The position numbers and the translations under genes were made by a program. Shown piece after piece: positions 18,908 to 29,116 of a DNA stretch of 64,000 nt. The notes beneath the pieces are model-generated. The model did no database searches. It saw only the letters and a program-made list of their open reading frames with translations, and was not told the origin of the DNA. Origin of the DNA: a virus (taxonomy: Duplodnaviria; Caudoviricetes); IMG/VR virus record IMGVR_UViG_2863231158_000001; one strand, written 5' to 3'. Every line of letters begins with the position of its first letter. Position 1 is the first letter of the stretch.

Positions 18908-18980
18908 CTCCCCCGACTGGACTCGAACCAGTAACCTGCCGGTTAACAGCCGGCTGCTCTGCCAATTGAGCTACAGGGGA
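18908..18980 (-). tRNA. tRNA-Asn(GTT), tandem copy
   Basis: Same as 18830..18902 except a compensatory change in the acceptor stem (TCCCCTG/CGGGGGA). Confidence 0.95.
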
Positions 18981-19148
18981 ATGACTCTTGGTGACGGAGT
19001 CACTGCAACAATGTCACTTGCCTGGGGATTCCCGGGCGGCGTGCGCTCGCTGCGACACATACATTAGCGCAAGCAGGGGGGTGCTCCGCCAATCGGTATC
19101 CCCAGGCGACCGACGTCGGCAGTCGAGGCAAGGGAAAGGGTGGCCGTC

Positions 19149-19454
19149 ATGCGCTACCGGCTCACGTTCGTGGCAGGACTGGCTCTGGGGTACGTGCTCG
19201 GGACGCGCGCCGGGCGCGAGCGTTACGAGCAGCTGAAGAAGTCCTTCCGTGAGGTGTCCCAGAACCCCGCCGTGCGCAACACCGTCGAGTCCGCCGCCCA
19301 GCAGGGCCGCGACGTGGCGGGCAAGGCCTTCCACACCGTCTCGGAGAAGGTGGGCGACCGCATGCCCGACTCCGTGGCGGAGCGGGTGCGGTCGCTGCGC
19401 GAGCGCGGGCAGGGCGATGCCACCGAGGACGACTGGGGCACCAGCAACACCTAG
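19149..19454 (+). CDS. YtxH-like small membrane-anchored protein
   Basis: GLALGYVLGTRAGRERYEQL motif. Confidence 0.8.
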   Translation: MRYRLTFVAGLALGYVLGTRAGRERYEQLKKSFREVSQNPAVRNTVESAAQQGRDVAGKAFHTVSEKVGDRMPDSVAERVRSLRERGQGDATEDDWGTSNT

Positions 19455-19627
19455 AGGGGCCGTCGGGCGGGTCCGGCCGCCGCATCCGCCCGACCGCACC
19501 GACAACCGCACCGCAACGACAACCGCACCGCCCCGGGACCGGAGCCTCCGCCCGGGGCGGACGCGTTCCCGGGGCCTTCCCGGACGTATGTGCGGGGCAT
19601 CCCCCCGGGTGCGGCAGAATCCTCGGC

Positions 19628-21055
19628 ATGGGGATAGTCGCGGGGTTGGACAGTTCGCCCGATTTCACACGCATCGTGGTCTGTGACACCGACACGGGAG
19701 CCGTACTCAGGCAGGGGTACGCCCCGCATCCACTGGAGGGCCCCGACGGCGCGCGACCGACCGACGTCGATCCGCAGGCCTGGTTGCTCTCCCTCGGCGA
19801 GGCGGCGGGCGGCGGGCTCCTCGAAGGCGTCCAGGCGATCGGCGTGTGCGCGCAGGAACACGCCCTCGTGCCCCTCGACGCGCAGGGCGCGACGGTGCGT
19901 CCCGCGCTCGTCGGCAACAACCCGCGCGCCCAGGTGGCCGCCGCCGACCTCGTCGACGGGCTCGGCAGCCGCCAGGCCTGGGCCCAGGCCGTGGGCTCCG
20001 TCCCGCAGGCCGCGCAGCCGGTGGCGAAGCTGCGCTGGCTGGCCAGGCACGAGCCGGAGGCGGCGCTCCGCACGAGCCTGCTCATGCAGGCCCCCGACTG
20101 GCTGGTGTGGCAGCTCCTGGGGCGGCCCACGCGGCGCACGACGGACCGGGGCGGCGCGTCCGGCACCGGCTACTGGTCGGCGGCGACCGGCGCCTACCGG
20201 CCCGACCTGGTGGAGCTCGCGCTCGGGCACCAGGCGATGCTGCCCGAGGTCATCGGGCCCGCGGACGCCGCGGGCACGACGCCCGAGGGGCTGCTGATAT
20301 CGGCGGGCACGGGCGCGACCATGGCGGCGGCGTTCGGGCTCGGCGTGATGCGGGGCGACGCGGTGGTGTCGCTCGGCGCCTCCGGGTCCGTGATGGCCGT
20401 CCACCACGAGGCCCTGGTCGACCCGAGCGGCACGATCACCTCGCTCGCCGACGCCACCGGCATGCACCTGCCCGTGGTCCACACGTCGAACGCGGTGCGC
20501 GCGCTGCGCGGCACCGCCGAGATGCTGGGCGTCCCGGACCTGGAGACCCTCTCCGACCTGGCGCTCAAGTCGACCCCCGGCGCCCACGGCCTCGTCCTGC
20601 TGCCCTATCTGGAGGGCGAGAAGACGCCGAACCTGCCGCACGCGGCGGGCACCCTGACCGGGCTGCGCCGGGAGTCCATGAAGCCGGAGCACCTGGCGCG
20701 GGCCGCCTTCGAGGGCATGCTCTGCGGGCTCGGCGACGCGCTCGACGTGCTGCGCGGGCGGGGCGTGGAGGTGCGGCGGGTGTTCCTGCTCGGGTCCGCG
20801 GCGGACCTGCCCGCCGTGCGGGCCGCCGCGCCGATGCTCTTCGGCACGCAGGTCGTGGTGGTCCAGCCGGCCGACTACGCCGCGATCGGCGCCGCGCGCC
20901 AGGCGACGTGGGCGCTGACCGGGCAGCTGCCGCAGTGGCAGGGCGCGGTGGCGCAGGTCTTCGAGCCGGGCGAGGAGCTCGCGGTGGGGCAGGCGGTGCG
21001 CCAGCAGTACGCAGCGGTGCGCGAGCAGGCGCACCCGGGAGCGTTCGCGCCCTGA
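19628..21055 (+). CDS. FGGY-family carbohydrate kinase (xylulokinase-like)
   Basis: IVAGLDSS, TTDRGGASGTGYW, SLGASGSV and LLPYLEGEKTP motifs. Confidence 0.88.
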   Translation: MGIVAGLDSSPDFTRIVVCDTDTGAVLRQGYAPHPLEGPDGARPTDVDPQAWLLSLGEAAGGGLLEGVQAIGVCAQEHALVPLDAQGATVRPALVGNNPRAQVAAADLVDGLGSRQAWAQAVGSVPQAAQPVAKLRWLARHEPEAALRTSLLMQAPDWLVWQLLGRPTRRTTDRGGASGTGYWSAATGAYRPDLVELALGHQAMLPEVIGPADAAGTTPEGLLISAGTGATMAAAFGLGVMRGDAVVSLGASGSVMAVHHEALVDPSGTITSLADATGMHLPVVHTSNAVRALRGTAEMLGVPDLETLSDLALKSTPGAHGLVLLPYLEGEKTPNLPHAAGTLTGLRRESMKPEHLARAAFEGMLCGLGDALDVLRGRGVEVRRVFLLGSAADLPAVRAAAPMLFGTQVVVVQPADYAAIGAARQATWALTGQLPQWQGAVAQVFEPGEELAVGQAVRQQYAAVREQAHPGAFAP

Positions 21056-21319
21056 GCGGGACACCCTCGGGGCGTTCGCGCCCCGAGCCAGACACCCCCA
21101 GAGCCTCTGCGCCCCGAGCCCGGAATGTGGCATTCCGCCACGTTCCGTGAGGGAAACAAAGCGTTCAGTGTGCCCAGAACTTGACCAGGGCTGATTTTTG
21201 ACCGGGTCATGGGTTAATCGCTTGCCCACGGCCGGGGTCGGTGACGCAGGATGGTGGGCGGCTTTCGCCCGGCCCCCGGGGACGCCGCCCCACTGCCGAG
21301 ACTCTGCCGAGAGACGAGC

Positions 21320-23053
21320 GTGCTCATACGACTCCTGCGGACCCACCTGGGTCCGTACAAGAAGCCCATCGCCCTGCTGGTGCTCCTGCAGTTCCTGCAG
21401 ACCTGCGCCTCTCTCTATCTGCCCACCCTGAACGCCGACATCATCGACAAGGGCGTCGTGAAGGGCGACACCGGCTACATCCTGTCGTTCGGCGCCGTCA
21501 TGCTGGCCGTCACCGTGGTCCAGATGGCGTGCAACATCGGCGCGGTCCTGTACGGCGCGCGCACCTCCGCCGAGGTCGGCCGTGACCTGCGGTCCGCCGT
21601 CTTCGACCGCGTGCAGTCCTTCTCCGCGCGCGAGATGGGCCAGTTCGGCGCGCCCACCCTGATCACGCGGACCACCAACGACGTGCAGCAGGTGCAGACG
21701 CTCGTCCTGATGGCGTTCACCCTGATGGTGTCGGCGCCGATCATGTGCGTCGGCGGCATCGTCATGGCGCTCGGCCAGGACGTGCCGCTCTCCGGCGTGC
21801 TGCTCGCCGTCGTGCCGGTGCTCGGCATCAGCGTCAGCCTGATCGTGCGCCGGCTGCGGCCGCTGTTCCGCACCATGCAGGAGCGGCTCGACACGGTGAA
21901 CCGCGTACTGCGCGAGCAGATCACCGGCAACCGCGTGATCCGCGCCTTCGTGCGCGACGGCTACGAGAAGGAGCGCTTCCGCGGTGCCAACGGCGAGCTG
22001 ACCGAGGTCTCGCTCGCCAGCGGCAAGCTGCTCGCGCTGATGTTCCCGGTGGTCATGACGGTGGTGAACCTGTCGTCGATCGCCGTCGTCTGGTTCGGCG
22101 CGCACCGCATCGACAGCGGGGACATGGAGATCGGCGCGCTGACCGCGTTCCTGGCGTATCTGCTGCAGATCGTCATGGCCGTGATGATGGCCACGTTCAT
22201 GTTCATGATGATCCCGCGGGCCGAGGTGTGCGCCGAGCGCATCCAGGAGGTCCTGGACACCGAGGCGAGCGTCGTGCCGCCCGCCGAGCCCGTCCGGGAG
22301 CTGCGCGGCCACGGCCACCTGGAGCTGCGCGACGCCGGATTCCGCTACCCGGGCGCCGAGGAACCGGTGCTCAAGGGCATCGACCTGACCGCGCGGCCCG
22401 GCGAGACGACCGCCGTGATCGGCTCCACCGGCAGCGGCAAGTCGACGCTCCTGAGCCTCGTACCGCGTCTGATGGACGTCACCGAGGGCGAGGTGCTCGT
22501 CAACGGCGTCGCGGTGAGCGCCGTGGAGCCCGCGCTGCTCGCCCGGACCGTGGGGCTCGTACCGCAGAAGCCGTATCTGTTCGCCGGGACCGTGGCGAGC
22601 AATCTGCGGTACGGCAACCCGGACGCCACCGACGACGAGCTGTGGCACGCCCTGGAGGTGGCGCAGGCCAAGGGCTTCGTGGAGTCCCTGGAGGAGGGGC
22701 TCGACGCGCCCATCGCGCAGGGCGGCACGAATGTGTCCGGCGGGCAGCGGCAGCGGCTCTCGATCGCCCGCACGCTGGTGCAGCGCCCGGAGATCTATCT
22801 GTTCGACGACTCGTTCTCGGCGCTCGACTACGCCACCGACGCGGCGCTGCGGTCCGCGCTCGCCCGGGAGACCCGCGAGGCCACGGTCGTGATCGTCGCC
22901 CAGCGCGTGTCGACGATCCGCGACGCCGACCGGATCGTCGTCCTGGACGAGGGCCGGGTCGTGGGCGTCGGCCGCCACCACGAGCTGATGGATGACAACG
23001 AGACGTACCGGGAGATCGTCCTCTCCCAGCTGACGGAAGCGGAGGCCGCGTAA
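21320..23053 (+). CDS. ABC exporter, fused TMD-NBD subunit 1
   Basis: Walker A GSTGSGKS, signature VSGGQRQR, degenerate Walker B LFDD. Confidence 0.93.
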   Translation: MLIRLLRTHLGPYKKPIALLVLLQFLQTCASLYLPTLNADIIDKGVVKGDTGYILSFGAVMLAVTVVQMACNIGAVLYGARTSAEVGRDLRSAVFDRVQSFSAREMGQFGAPTLITRTTNDVQQVQTLVLMAFTLMVSAPIMCVGGIVMALGQDVPLSGVLLAVVPVLGISVSLIVRRLRPLFRTMQERLDTVNRVLREQITGNRVIRAFVRDGYEKERFRGANGELTEVSLASGKLLALMFPVVMTVVNLSSIAVVWFGAHRIDSGDMEIGALTAFLAYLLQIVMAVMMATFMFMMIPRAEVCAERIQEVLDTEASVVPPAEPVRELRGHGHLELRDAGFRYPGAEEPVLKGIDLTARPGETTAVIGSTGSGKSTLLSLVPRLMDVTEGEVLVNGVAVSAVEPALLARTVGLVPQKPYLFAGTVASNLRYGNPDATDDELWHALEVAQAKGFVESLEEGLDAPIAQGGTNVSGGQRQRLSIARTLVQRPEIYLFDDSFSALDYATDAALRSALARETREATVVIVAQRVSTIRDADRIVVLDEGRVVGVGRHHELMDDNETYREIVLSQLTEAEAA

Positions 23054-24978
23054 TGCCCCCTGGTGGCATGGGTGGACCCATGATGGGCCCCGACTCCCGG
23101 TCCATGGACTTCAAGGGCTCGGGCAAGCGGCTGCTCGCGCAGTTCCGGCCGGAGCGGGCCACGATGTACGGGATGCTCGCCGCGGTCGTCCTGAGCGTCG
23201 CGATGTCCGTGCTGGGGCCGAAGATCCTCGGGCACGCCACCGACCTGGTGTTCGCGGGCATCGTCGGGCGGACCATGCCCGAGGGCGAGTCCAAGGCCGA
23301 GGCGATCGAGCGGCTGCGCGAGCACGGCGACGGCGGCATGGCCGACATGCTCACCGGGCTCGACTTCACACCGGGCCGGGGTATCGACTTCGGCGCGGTC
23401 GGCGAGGTGCTGCTGCTCGCCACGGCCGTGTTCGCGGTGGCGGGCCTGATGATGACCGTGGGCACGCGCCTCGCGAACCGCGCCATCAACCGCACCGTGT
23501 TCCGGCTGCGGGGCGACGTCCAGGCGAAGATGTCGCGCCTGCCGCTGTCGTACTTCGACAAGCGCCAGCGCGGTGAGGTGCTCAGCCGGGCCACGAACGA
23601 CATCGACAACATCAACCAGACGCTCCAGCAGACGCTCGGCCAGCTCATCAGCTCGCTGCTCACGATCGTCGGCGTCCTGGTCATGATGTTCTGGATCTCG
23701 CCGCTGCTCGCGCTCGTCGCCCTGGTGACGGTGCCGCTGTCGTTCGTCGTGGCGACGAAGGTCGGCAAGCGCTCGCAGCCGCAGTTCGTGCAGCAGTGGA
23801 AGTCCACCGGCTCGCTGAACGCGCACGTGGAGGAGATGTACACCGGGCACACCCTGGTGAAGGTCTTCGGCCGCCAGGAGGAGTCCGCGAAGGCGTTCGC
23901 CGCGCACAACGACGCGCTGTACGAGGCCTCGTACAAGGCACAGTTCAACAGCGGGCTCATGCAGCCGCTGCTGTTCTTCATGTCGAACGTCAACTACGTC
24001 CTGGTGGCCGTGGTCGGCGGTCTGCGGGTGGCCTCCGGGGCGCTCTCGATCGGTGACGTCCAGGCCTTCATCCAGTACTCGCGGCAGTTCTCGATGCCGC
24101 TCACGCAGGTCGCGTCGATGGCGAACCTCGTGCAGTCGGGCGTGGCGTCGGCCGAGCGCGTCTTCGAGCTCCTCGACGCCGAGGAGCAGGAGGCGGACCC
24201 CGCCCCCGGCGAGCGCCCCGCCGAGCTGCGCGGCCGCGTGGAGATGGAGCACGTGTCCTTCCGCTACGCCGAGGACAAGCCGCTCATCGAGGACCTCTCG
24301 CTCGTCGTGAAGCCGGGCCACACGGTCGCCATCGTCGGTCCCACCGGCGCGGGCAAGACCACGCTCGTGAACCTGCTCATGCGGTTCTACGAGGTCACGG
24401 GCGGCCGCATCACGCTGGACGGCACGGACGTCACGAAGATGACGCGGGACGAACTGCGCGGCTCCATCGGCATGGTGCTCCAGGACACCTGGCTGTTCGG
24501 CGGCAGCATCGCGGACAACATCGCGTACGGCGCCGCGGGTGAGGTCACGCGCGAGCAGGTGGAGGAGGCCGCGCGGGCCGCCCACGCCGACCGGTTCGTC
24601 CGCACCCTGCCCGACGGGTACGACACCGTCATCGACGACGAGGGCACGGGCGTCAGCGCGGGCGAGAAGCAGCTCATCACCATCGCGCGGGCGTTCCTGT
24701 CGGACCCGGTGATCCTCGTCCTCGACGAGGCGACCAGCTCGGTCGACACCCGCACCGAGGTCCTCATCCAGAAGGCCATGGCGCGGCTCGCGCACGGGCG
24801 CACGTCGTTCGTGATCGCGCACCGCCTGTCCACCATCCGCGACGCCGACACCATCCTGGTGATGGAGGACGGGGCGATCGTGGAACAGGGCACGCACGAC
24901 GCGCTGCTGGCCGCAGGCGGGGCGTATTCCCGCCTGTACGCCGCTCAGTTCGCCGAGGCGGTGGCGGAGGTCGGCTGA
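23053..24978 (+). CDS. ABC exporter, fused TMD-NBD subunit 2
   Basis: GPTGAGKT, VSAGEKQL, LVLDEATS, IAHRLST; TAATG coupling. Confidence 0.93.
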   Translation: MPPGGMGGPMMGPDSRSMDFKGSGKRLLAQFRPERATMYGMLAAVVLSVAMSVLGPKILGHATDLVFAGIVGRTMPEGESKAEAIERLREHGDGGMADMLTGLDFTPGRGIDFGAVGEVLLLATAVFAVAGLMMTVGTRLANRAINRTVFRLRGDVQAKMSRLPLSYFDKRQRGEVLSRATNDIDNINQTLQQTLGQLISSLLTIVGVLVMMFWISPLLALVALVTVPLSFVVATKVGKRSQPQFVQQWKSTGSLNAHVEEMYTGHTLVKVFGRQEESAKAFAAHNDALYEASYKAQFNSGLMQPLLFFMSNVNYVLVAVVGGLRVASGALSIGDVQAFIQYSRQFSMPLTQVASMANLVQSGVASAERVFELLDAEEQEADPAPGERPAELRGRVEMEHVSFRYAEDKPLIEDLSLVVKPGHTVAIVGPTGAGKTTLVNLLMRFYEVTGGRITLDGTDVTKMTRDELRGSIGMVLQDTWLFGGSIADNIAYGAAGEVTREQVEEAARAAHADRFVRTLPDGYDTVIDDEGTGVSAGEKQLITIARAFLSDPVILVLDEATSSVDTRTEVLIQKAMARLAHGRTSFVIAHRLSTIRDADTILVMEDGAIVEQGTHDALLAAGGAYSRLYAAQFAEAVAEVG

Positions 24979-24980
24979 CC

Positions 24981-26327
24981 TCAGTCCAGATAGCCGCGCA
25001 GCTGGTCCGCGAAGGCGTGGTCCCGCAGCTTGTTGAGGGTCTTGGACTCGATCTGGCGGATGCGTTCGCGCGTCACGCCGAAGATCCGGCCGATCTCCTC
25101 CAGGGTGCGGGGCCTGCCGTCCGCGAGGCCGTAGCGGAGCTGGACGACCTTGCGCTCGCGCTCGCCGAGCGTGGAGAGCACGGCCTCCAGGTGCTCGCGC
25201 AGGAGCAGGAAGGCGGCCGACTCCACGGGGCTCGCCGCGTCGCCGTCCTCGATGAGGTCGCCGAGCGCCACGTCGTCCTCCTCGCCCACGGGCGCGTGCA
25301 GCGACACCGGCTCCTGCGCGAGCCTGAGCACCTCGCTGACGCGCTCGTGCGGCAGGTCGAGGTGGGCGGCGACCTCCTCGGGCGTCGGCTCGTACCCGCG
25401 CTCCTGGAGCATGCGGCGCTGCACGCGGACGACCCGGTTGATCAGCTCGACGACGTGCACCGGCACGCGGATGGTGCGGGCCTGGTCGGCGAGCGCCCGG
25501 GACATGGCCTGGCGGATCCACCAGGTCGCGTACGTGGAGAACTTGTAGCCGCGCGCGTAGTCGAACTTCTCGACCGCCCGGATGAGGCCCAGGTTGCCCT
25601 CCTGGACGAGGTCGAGCATCGTCAGGCCGCGCCCCACGTACCGCTTCGCCACGGACACCACGAGGCGGAGGTTCGCCTCGATGAGGCGGCGCTTGGCCAT
25701 GCGGCCCACGACGACGAGCTTGTCCAGGTCGAGGGCCAGCTGGGAGTCCAGGTCGGGGGTGCCGGCCAGCTTCTCCTCGGCGAAGAGCCCGGCCTCGACG
25801 GCGCGCGCGAGCTCGACCTCCTCGGCGGCGGTGAGCAGGGGTATGCGGCCGATCTCGCGCAGGTACTGGCGGAACAGGTCGGAGGAGGGGCCGCCGGTAT
25901 CGGCCCGGCCGCGCGGGCTCGGCAGCTCGATCGCCTCGACCGTGGCCTCGGTGGCCTCGGTGGCCTCGGTGGCCTCGGTGGCCTCGGTGGCGTCGGCGGT
26001 ATCGGCCGGCTCGGCGGCCCCGGCGGGCTCCGTCTCCGGCGCGAGCTCCGGGTGCCGGGTGCCACGGCCCTGCTGCGGCACGGTCGCGATGACGTCGGCT
26101 TCCGCCTCCACGTCCGCGCTCGGCGCGGTGTCGGTCTGGGTGAGGGTCTGGGTCTGCACGGGGGCGACCTCCAGGGTGATCGCTGCTGAGGCGTGGGGCA
26201 GCGGTACAACGGGACCGGCGTTGACGGCCTCGCCGCTGTCCGTCCCGAACACGATGTGTGGAACCGCGGAATAGTCGGACCCGCACTCGCTGTCTGCGGT
26301 CCGGCCGCGCTCCGAGGACTCAGGCAC
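24981..26327 (-). CDS. hrdA: Group-2 sigma-70 factor, HrdA-like (start may be GTG at 26159)
   Basis: Regions 1.2-4 ([57 protein letters not shown]). Neighbouring ABC pair and sugar kinase match the Streptomyces hrdA locus as I recall it. Confidence 0.8.
   Translation of the reverse strand: MPESSERGRTADSECGSDYSAVPHIVFGTDSGEAVNAGPVVPLPHASAAITLEVAPVQTQTLTQTDTAPSADVEAEADVIATVPQQGRGTRHPELAPETEPAGAAEPADTADATEATEATEATEATEATVEAIELPSPRGRADTGGPSSDLFRQYLREIGRIPLLTAAEEVELARAVEAGLFAEEKLAGTPDLDSQLALDLDKLVVVGRMAKRRLIEANLRLVVSVAKRYVGRGLTMLDLVQEGNLGLIRAVEKFDYARGYKFSTYATWWIRQAMSRALADQARTIRVPVHVVELINRVVRVQRRMLQERGYEPTPEEVAAHLDLPHERVSEVLRLAQEPVSLHAPVGEEDDVALGDLIEDGDAASPVESAAFLLLREHLEAVLSTLGERERKVVQLRYGLADGRPRTLEEIGRIFGVTRERIRQIESKTLNKLRDHAFADQLRGYLD
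25942..25995. repeat. 9-bp tandem repeat (GTGGCCTCG x5 plus one variant) encoding (EAT)n
   Basis: Read directly from the sequence; in the low-complexity N-terminal region of the sigma factor. Confidence 0.9.
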
Positions 26328-26442
26328 CGCACCCCAGTGTGGAGTACGACACACGGCCGCCACGAGGGGCGTGCGGTGACTTTTTGAGTCCGGTCCGTAA
26401 CCGACCGGTTACCCCTCGCGGGGCGCCCCAGACCCGCCCCTT

Positions 26443-26479
26443 CCCGATGTTCCAGAGTGACACTTCTGGAGTGATCGGG
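26443..26479. other. Candidate attachment site (attL) of the serine integrase
   Basis: Imperfect inverted repeat CCCGAT-GT-TCCAGAGTG-A-CACTTCTGGA-GTG-ATCGGG between the host hrdA upstream region and int. Confidence 0.35.
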
Positions 26480-26538
26480 TCATGGCGGTATCTACGCAGG
26501 TCAGGGACGCGCGGCAACCGTTGCTCTCCACGGGGGCC

Positions 26539-28335
26539 ATGGAGAACGACACCACACCTGTAAAGGATCTGCCTACCGAAACCCTGCGCGGTGTCCGCTG
26601 CATCCGGCTGTCCGTCCGCACCGACGAGACCACCAGCCCGGAGCGGCAGCGCGAGGCCGACGACGCAGCGGCGGCAGCCCTCGGCATCACCTTCGGCGAG
26701 GGCGCCGCCCTGCGTGAAGCGGTCGACCTGGACGTATCCGCGTCCCTGGTCGGCCCCTTCGACCGTCCGCAGCTCGGCGGATGGCTCAAGCGCCCCGAGG
26801 ACTTTGACGCCCTGGTGTTCTGGCGCTTCGACCGCGCCATCCGGGACATGGACGACATGCACGAGCTTGCCAAGTGGGCACGCAGCCACCGCAAGATGAT
26901 CGTCTTTGCCGAGGGCATCGGCGGGGGTCGGCTCGTGTTCGACTTCCGCAACCCCATGGACCCCATGGGTCAGCTCATGATGTTGATGTTGGCCTTTGCT
27001 GCTCAGGTCGAGTCGCAGAGCATCAAGGAACGCGTCGCCGGGGCACAGGCAGCCATGCGGAAGATGCCGCTGCGGTGGCGCGGTGGCGGCAAGCCCGCAT
27101 ACGGCTACCTGCCCGCTGCGATGCCCGCCGAGCACGGCGGAGTGGGCTGGACCCTGGTTCCGGACCCGGACGCGGTGAAGATCATTGAGCGGATCATTGC
27201 CGAGCTGATGGACGGCCGCGGACTGCACAGCATCGCGCGCGCTCTCAACGCGGACGGCGTGCTGTCCCCCTCCGCGCACTGGACTGCCTACCAGGCGCGC
27301 ACCAAGAAGCGCACCGCCGTGGCCACGGACCAGCCCGTCAAGAAGCCCGCACAGTGGCGTGCACAGACCATCGAGAAGATGCTGACCAACGAAGCGCTCA
27401 TGGGCTGGAAGATGCACCGCGGCAAGCCCGTGCGCGACGACGCGGGCAACCCCGTCATGGCCACCACATCCCCGATCTTCAGCCGCGAAGAGTTCGACCA
27501 GGTCGGCGCACTGCTCGCACCGAAGCCGATCACGGAGAAGGCGCCCGAGCGCAAGGACTCCACCGCGCTGTTGCTGCGGGTCGCCCACTGCAACGGGTGC
27601 GGTGAGCGGATGTACCTGAACCGGTCCTCGGGCACCTACCGGTGCTCGTCGTACAAGTACGGGACACACTGCCCCGCCCCGTGCACCGTGCGCGCTCCGT
27701 GGGTCGACGACTACGTGACCGAACAGTTCCTCAAGGCTGCCGGACAGATCCAGATCAACCGCGTCATCGAGATACCGGGCTACGACCCGCAGACCGAGAT
27801 AGACGCGACAGCGGCAGAGTTCGCCGAGCACCAGCAGGACAAGGGGCGCCAGAAGTCCAAGACCGCGAAAGCCGAGTGGCAGCGCCGTGCGGACGCCCTT
27901 GACGCGAGGCTTGCAGAGCTGGAATCCCGGGAGAAGCGCGAGCCCCGCCGAGAAGTCGTCCCCACCGGGCGCGCGTACGCCGACGACTGGCACCAGGGCG
28001 ACACCGCAGCACGCCGCGCCATGCTCATAGCCGCGGGAGCACGCCTGATGATCAAGCCCGGCGGTAAGGGCGGATGGCGACGGCTCGACCTACGACGGGT
28101 GGAGTTCACCATCACCGGGGAACTGGACCCCGCTATTGCCGAGCTTGCGACCGTCACCAGAGACGCGGAAGCCGAAGCACGCAACGACGCTCCCCCGGCT
28201 CCGGGCAGCGCGGCACGGCTCGCCGAGCCCGGGCCCGAGCACGCCCATGCCGAGCCCGCCACGAGCCCCGTGCGTGAGCGCCCCGAGCCCGAGCCTGCCC
28301 CTGCCGAGCCCGCGCGGGAACTGGTCGCCGCGTAG
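26539..28335 (+). CDS. int: Large serine recombinase (phage integrase)
   Basis: CIRLS catalytic motif, SPERQR, DLDVSAS, WRFDR, recombinase domain, Zn ribbon CNGC..C..C, coiled coil. Confidence 0.93.
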   Translation: MENDTTPVKDLPTETLRGVRCIRLSVRTDETTSPERQREADDAAAAALGITFGEGAALREAVDLDVSASLVGPFDRPQLGGWLKRPEDFDALVFWRFDRAIRDMDDMHELAKWARSHRKMIVFAEGIGGGRLVFDFRNPMDPMGQLMMLMLAFAAQVESQSIKERVAGAQAAMRKMPLRWRGGGKPAYGYLPAAMPAEHGGVGWTLVPDPDAVKIIERIIAELMDGRGLHSIARALNADGVLSPSAHWTAYQARTKKRTAVATDQPVKKPAQWRAQTIEKMLTNEALMGWKMHRGKPVRDDAGNPVMATTSPIFSREEFDQVGALLAPKPITEKAPERKDSTALLLRVAHCNGCGERMYLNRSSGTYRCSSYKYGTHCPAPCTVRAPWVDDYVTEQFLKAAGQIQINRVIEIPGYDPQTEIDATAAEFAEHQQDKGRQKSKTAKAEWQRRADALDARLAELESREKREPRREVVPTGRAYADDWHQGDTAARRAMLIAAGARLMIKPGGKGGWRRLDLRRVEFTITGELDPAIAELATVTRDAEAEARNDAPPAPGSAARLAEPGPEHAHAEPATSPVRERPEPEPAPAEPARELVAA

Positions 28336-28550
28336 ACGCGCCGTAGGTCCGGGACTGTCCCGGCGGTCCCTGCCGACTGCCGGGGCTCTCGGCTGCCCCG
28401 GTACAGTCCCTGAGCGGCTAGGTATCCGGTTGTATGCGGTGCAGTACAGCTAGCCGCGAGAGCCCCGGTCGGTCCCCGTGACTGCCCGGGGCTTTCCGCT
28501 GCCCGCCCTCGGCTGCTCCGGGGGCGGCTCGACAGCGGGAGGTGAAGGGT

Positions 28551-28643
28551 GGTGGTGGAGTGACGGTTTACACCACTTTTTTGGAACGCATAGAAAAAAT
28601 CCAAGAAAAGAGAGCCCGGTACCTCAAACGGCACTCCACCACC
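28551..28643. other. AT-rich element flanked by inverted repeats (copy 1)
   Basis: GGTGGTGGAGTGACGGTTT..T6/A6 tracts..AAACGGCACTCCACCACC. Confidence 0.7.
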
Positions 28644-28653
28644 GGTCAGCCCT

Positions 28654-28856
28654 CGGGCAACCCTTGCTCTCCACATAGGACCGGGAGAGAAGCCGGTTCG
28701 CCCCCAACGGGCGCGGGCAACCCTTGCTCTCCACATAGGTCCGGAAGAGGGACAGGTTCGGTCGCCCCGAGCGCGGGCAACCCTTGCTCTCCACATAGGT
28801 CCGAGAGAGAAGCCGGTTCGCTCGTCCAACGGAGGCGGGCAACCCTTGCTCTCCAC
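28654..28856 (+). repeat. Four-copy array, 21-nt invariant core CGGGCAACCCTTGCTCTCCAC, period 60/60/62
   Basis: Cores at 28654, 28714, 28774 and 28836; the intervening 39-41 nt are semi-conserved. Confidence 0.95.
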
Positions 28857-28861
28857 TACTT

Positions 28862-29110
28862 GCCGAGAGCGGGATTACCGCGCACCCGCCCTACAGGGGG
28901 ACACACGGCGGACTGAGTGTCCGCTCTCGGCGACAAGCGCTGTTCATGCACCACGCACCCCGCGTTACTCGGGGTGGCCGCGGGGGTCGTGTGGCAGCGT
29001 GCGGGGGTCGTACCGCCCATCAGTAACCCACTCGTCCGCGAGTGCGCCGAACGGGGTTGGAAGCCCGTACGGCCCCCACCACGTCCGGACCGGTCCTCGC
29101 CGGCGAGGAC
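28862..29110 (+). ncRNA. Candidate structured non-coding RNA (four consecutive stem domains)
   Basis: Stems 28862-72/28921-31, 28951-64/28979-94, 29003-13/29067-77, 29093-99/29104-10; no convincing ORF. Confidence 0.45.
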
Positions 29111-29116
29111 GACCAT

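Noticed and set aside
18543-18965. ORF with duplicated peptide AEQPAVNRQVTGSSPVG
   Set aside because: Translation of the two tandem tRNA-Asn genes.
19495-19532. Short CCGCACC/GACAA repeats after the YtxH-like gene
   Set aside because: Low-complexity intergenic sequence with no further structure.
24981-26363. Principal sigma factor hrdB/rpoD
   Set aside because: Lacks the long Lys/Ala-rich N-terminus I expect for HrdB, and the gene context fits hrdA.
28654-28856. CRISPR array
   Set aside because: The linkers resemble each other (shared ATAGG.CCG, purine tract, GGTTCG), the core recurs singly before genes, and there is no cas operon in the window.
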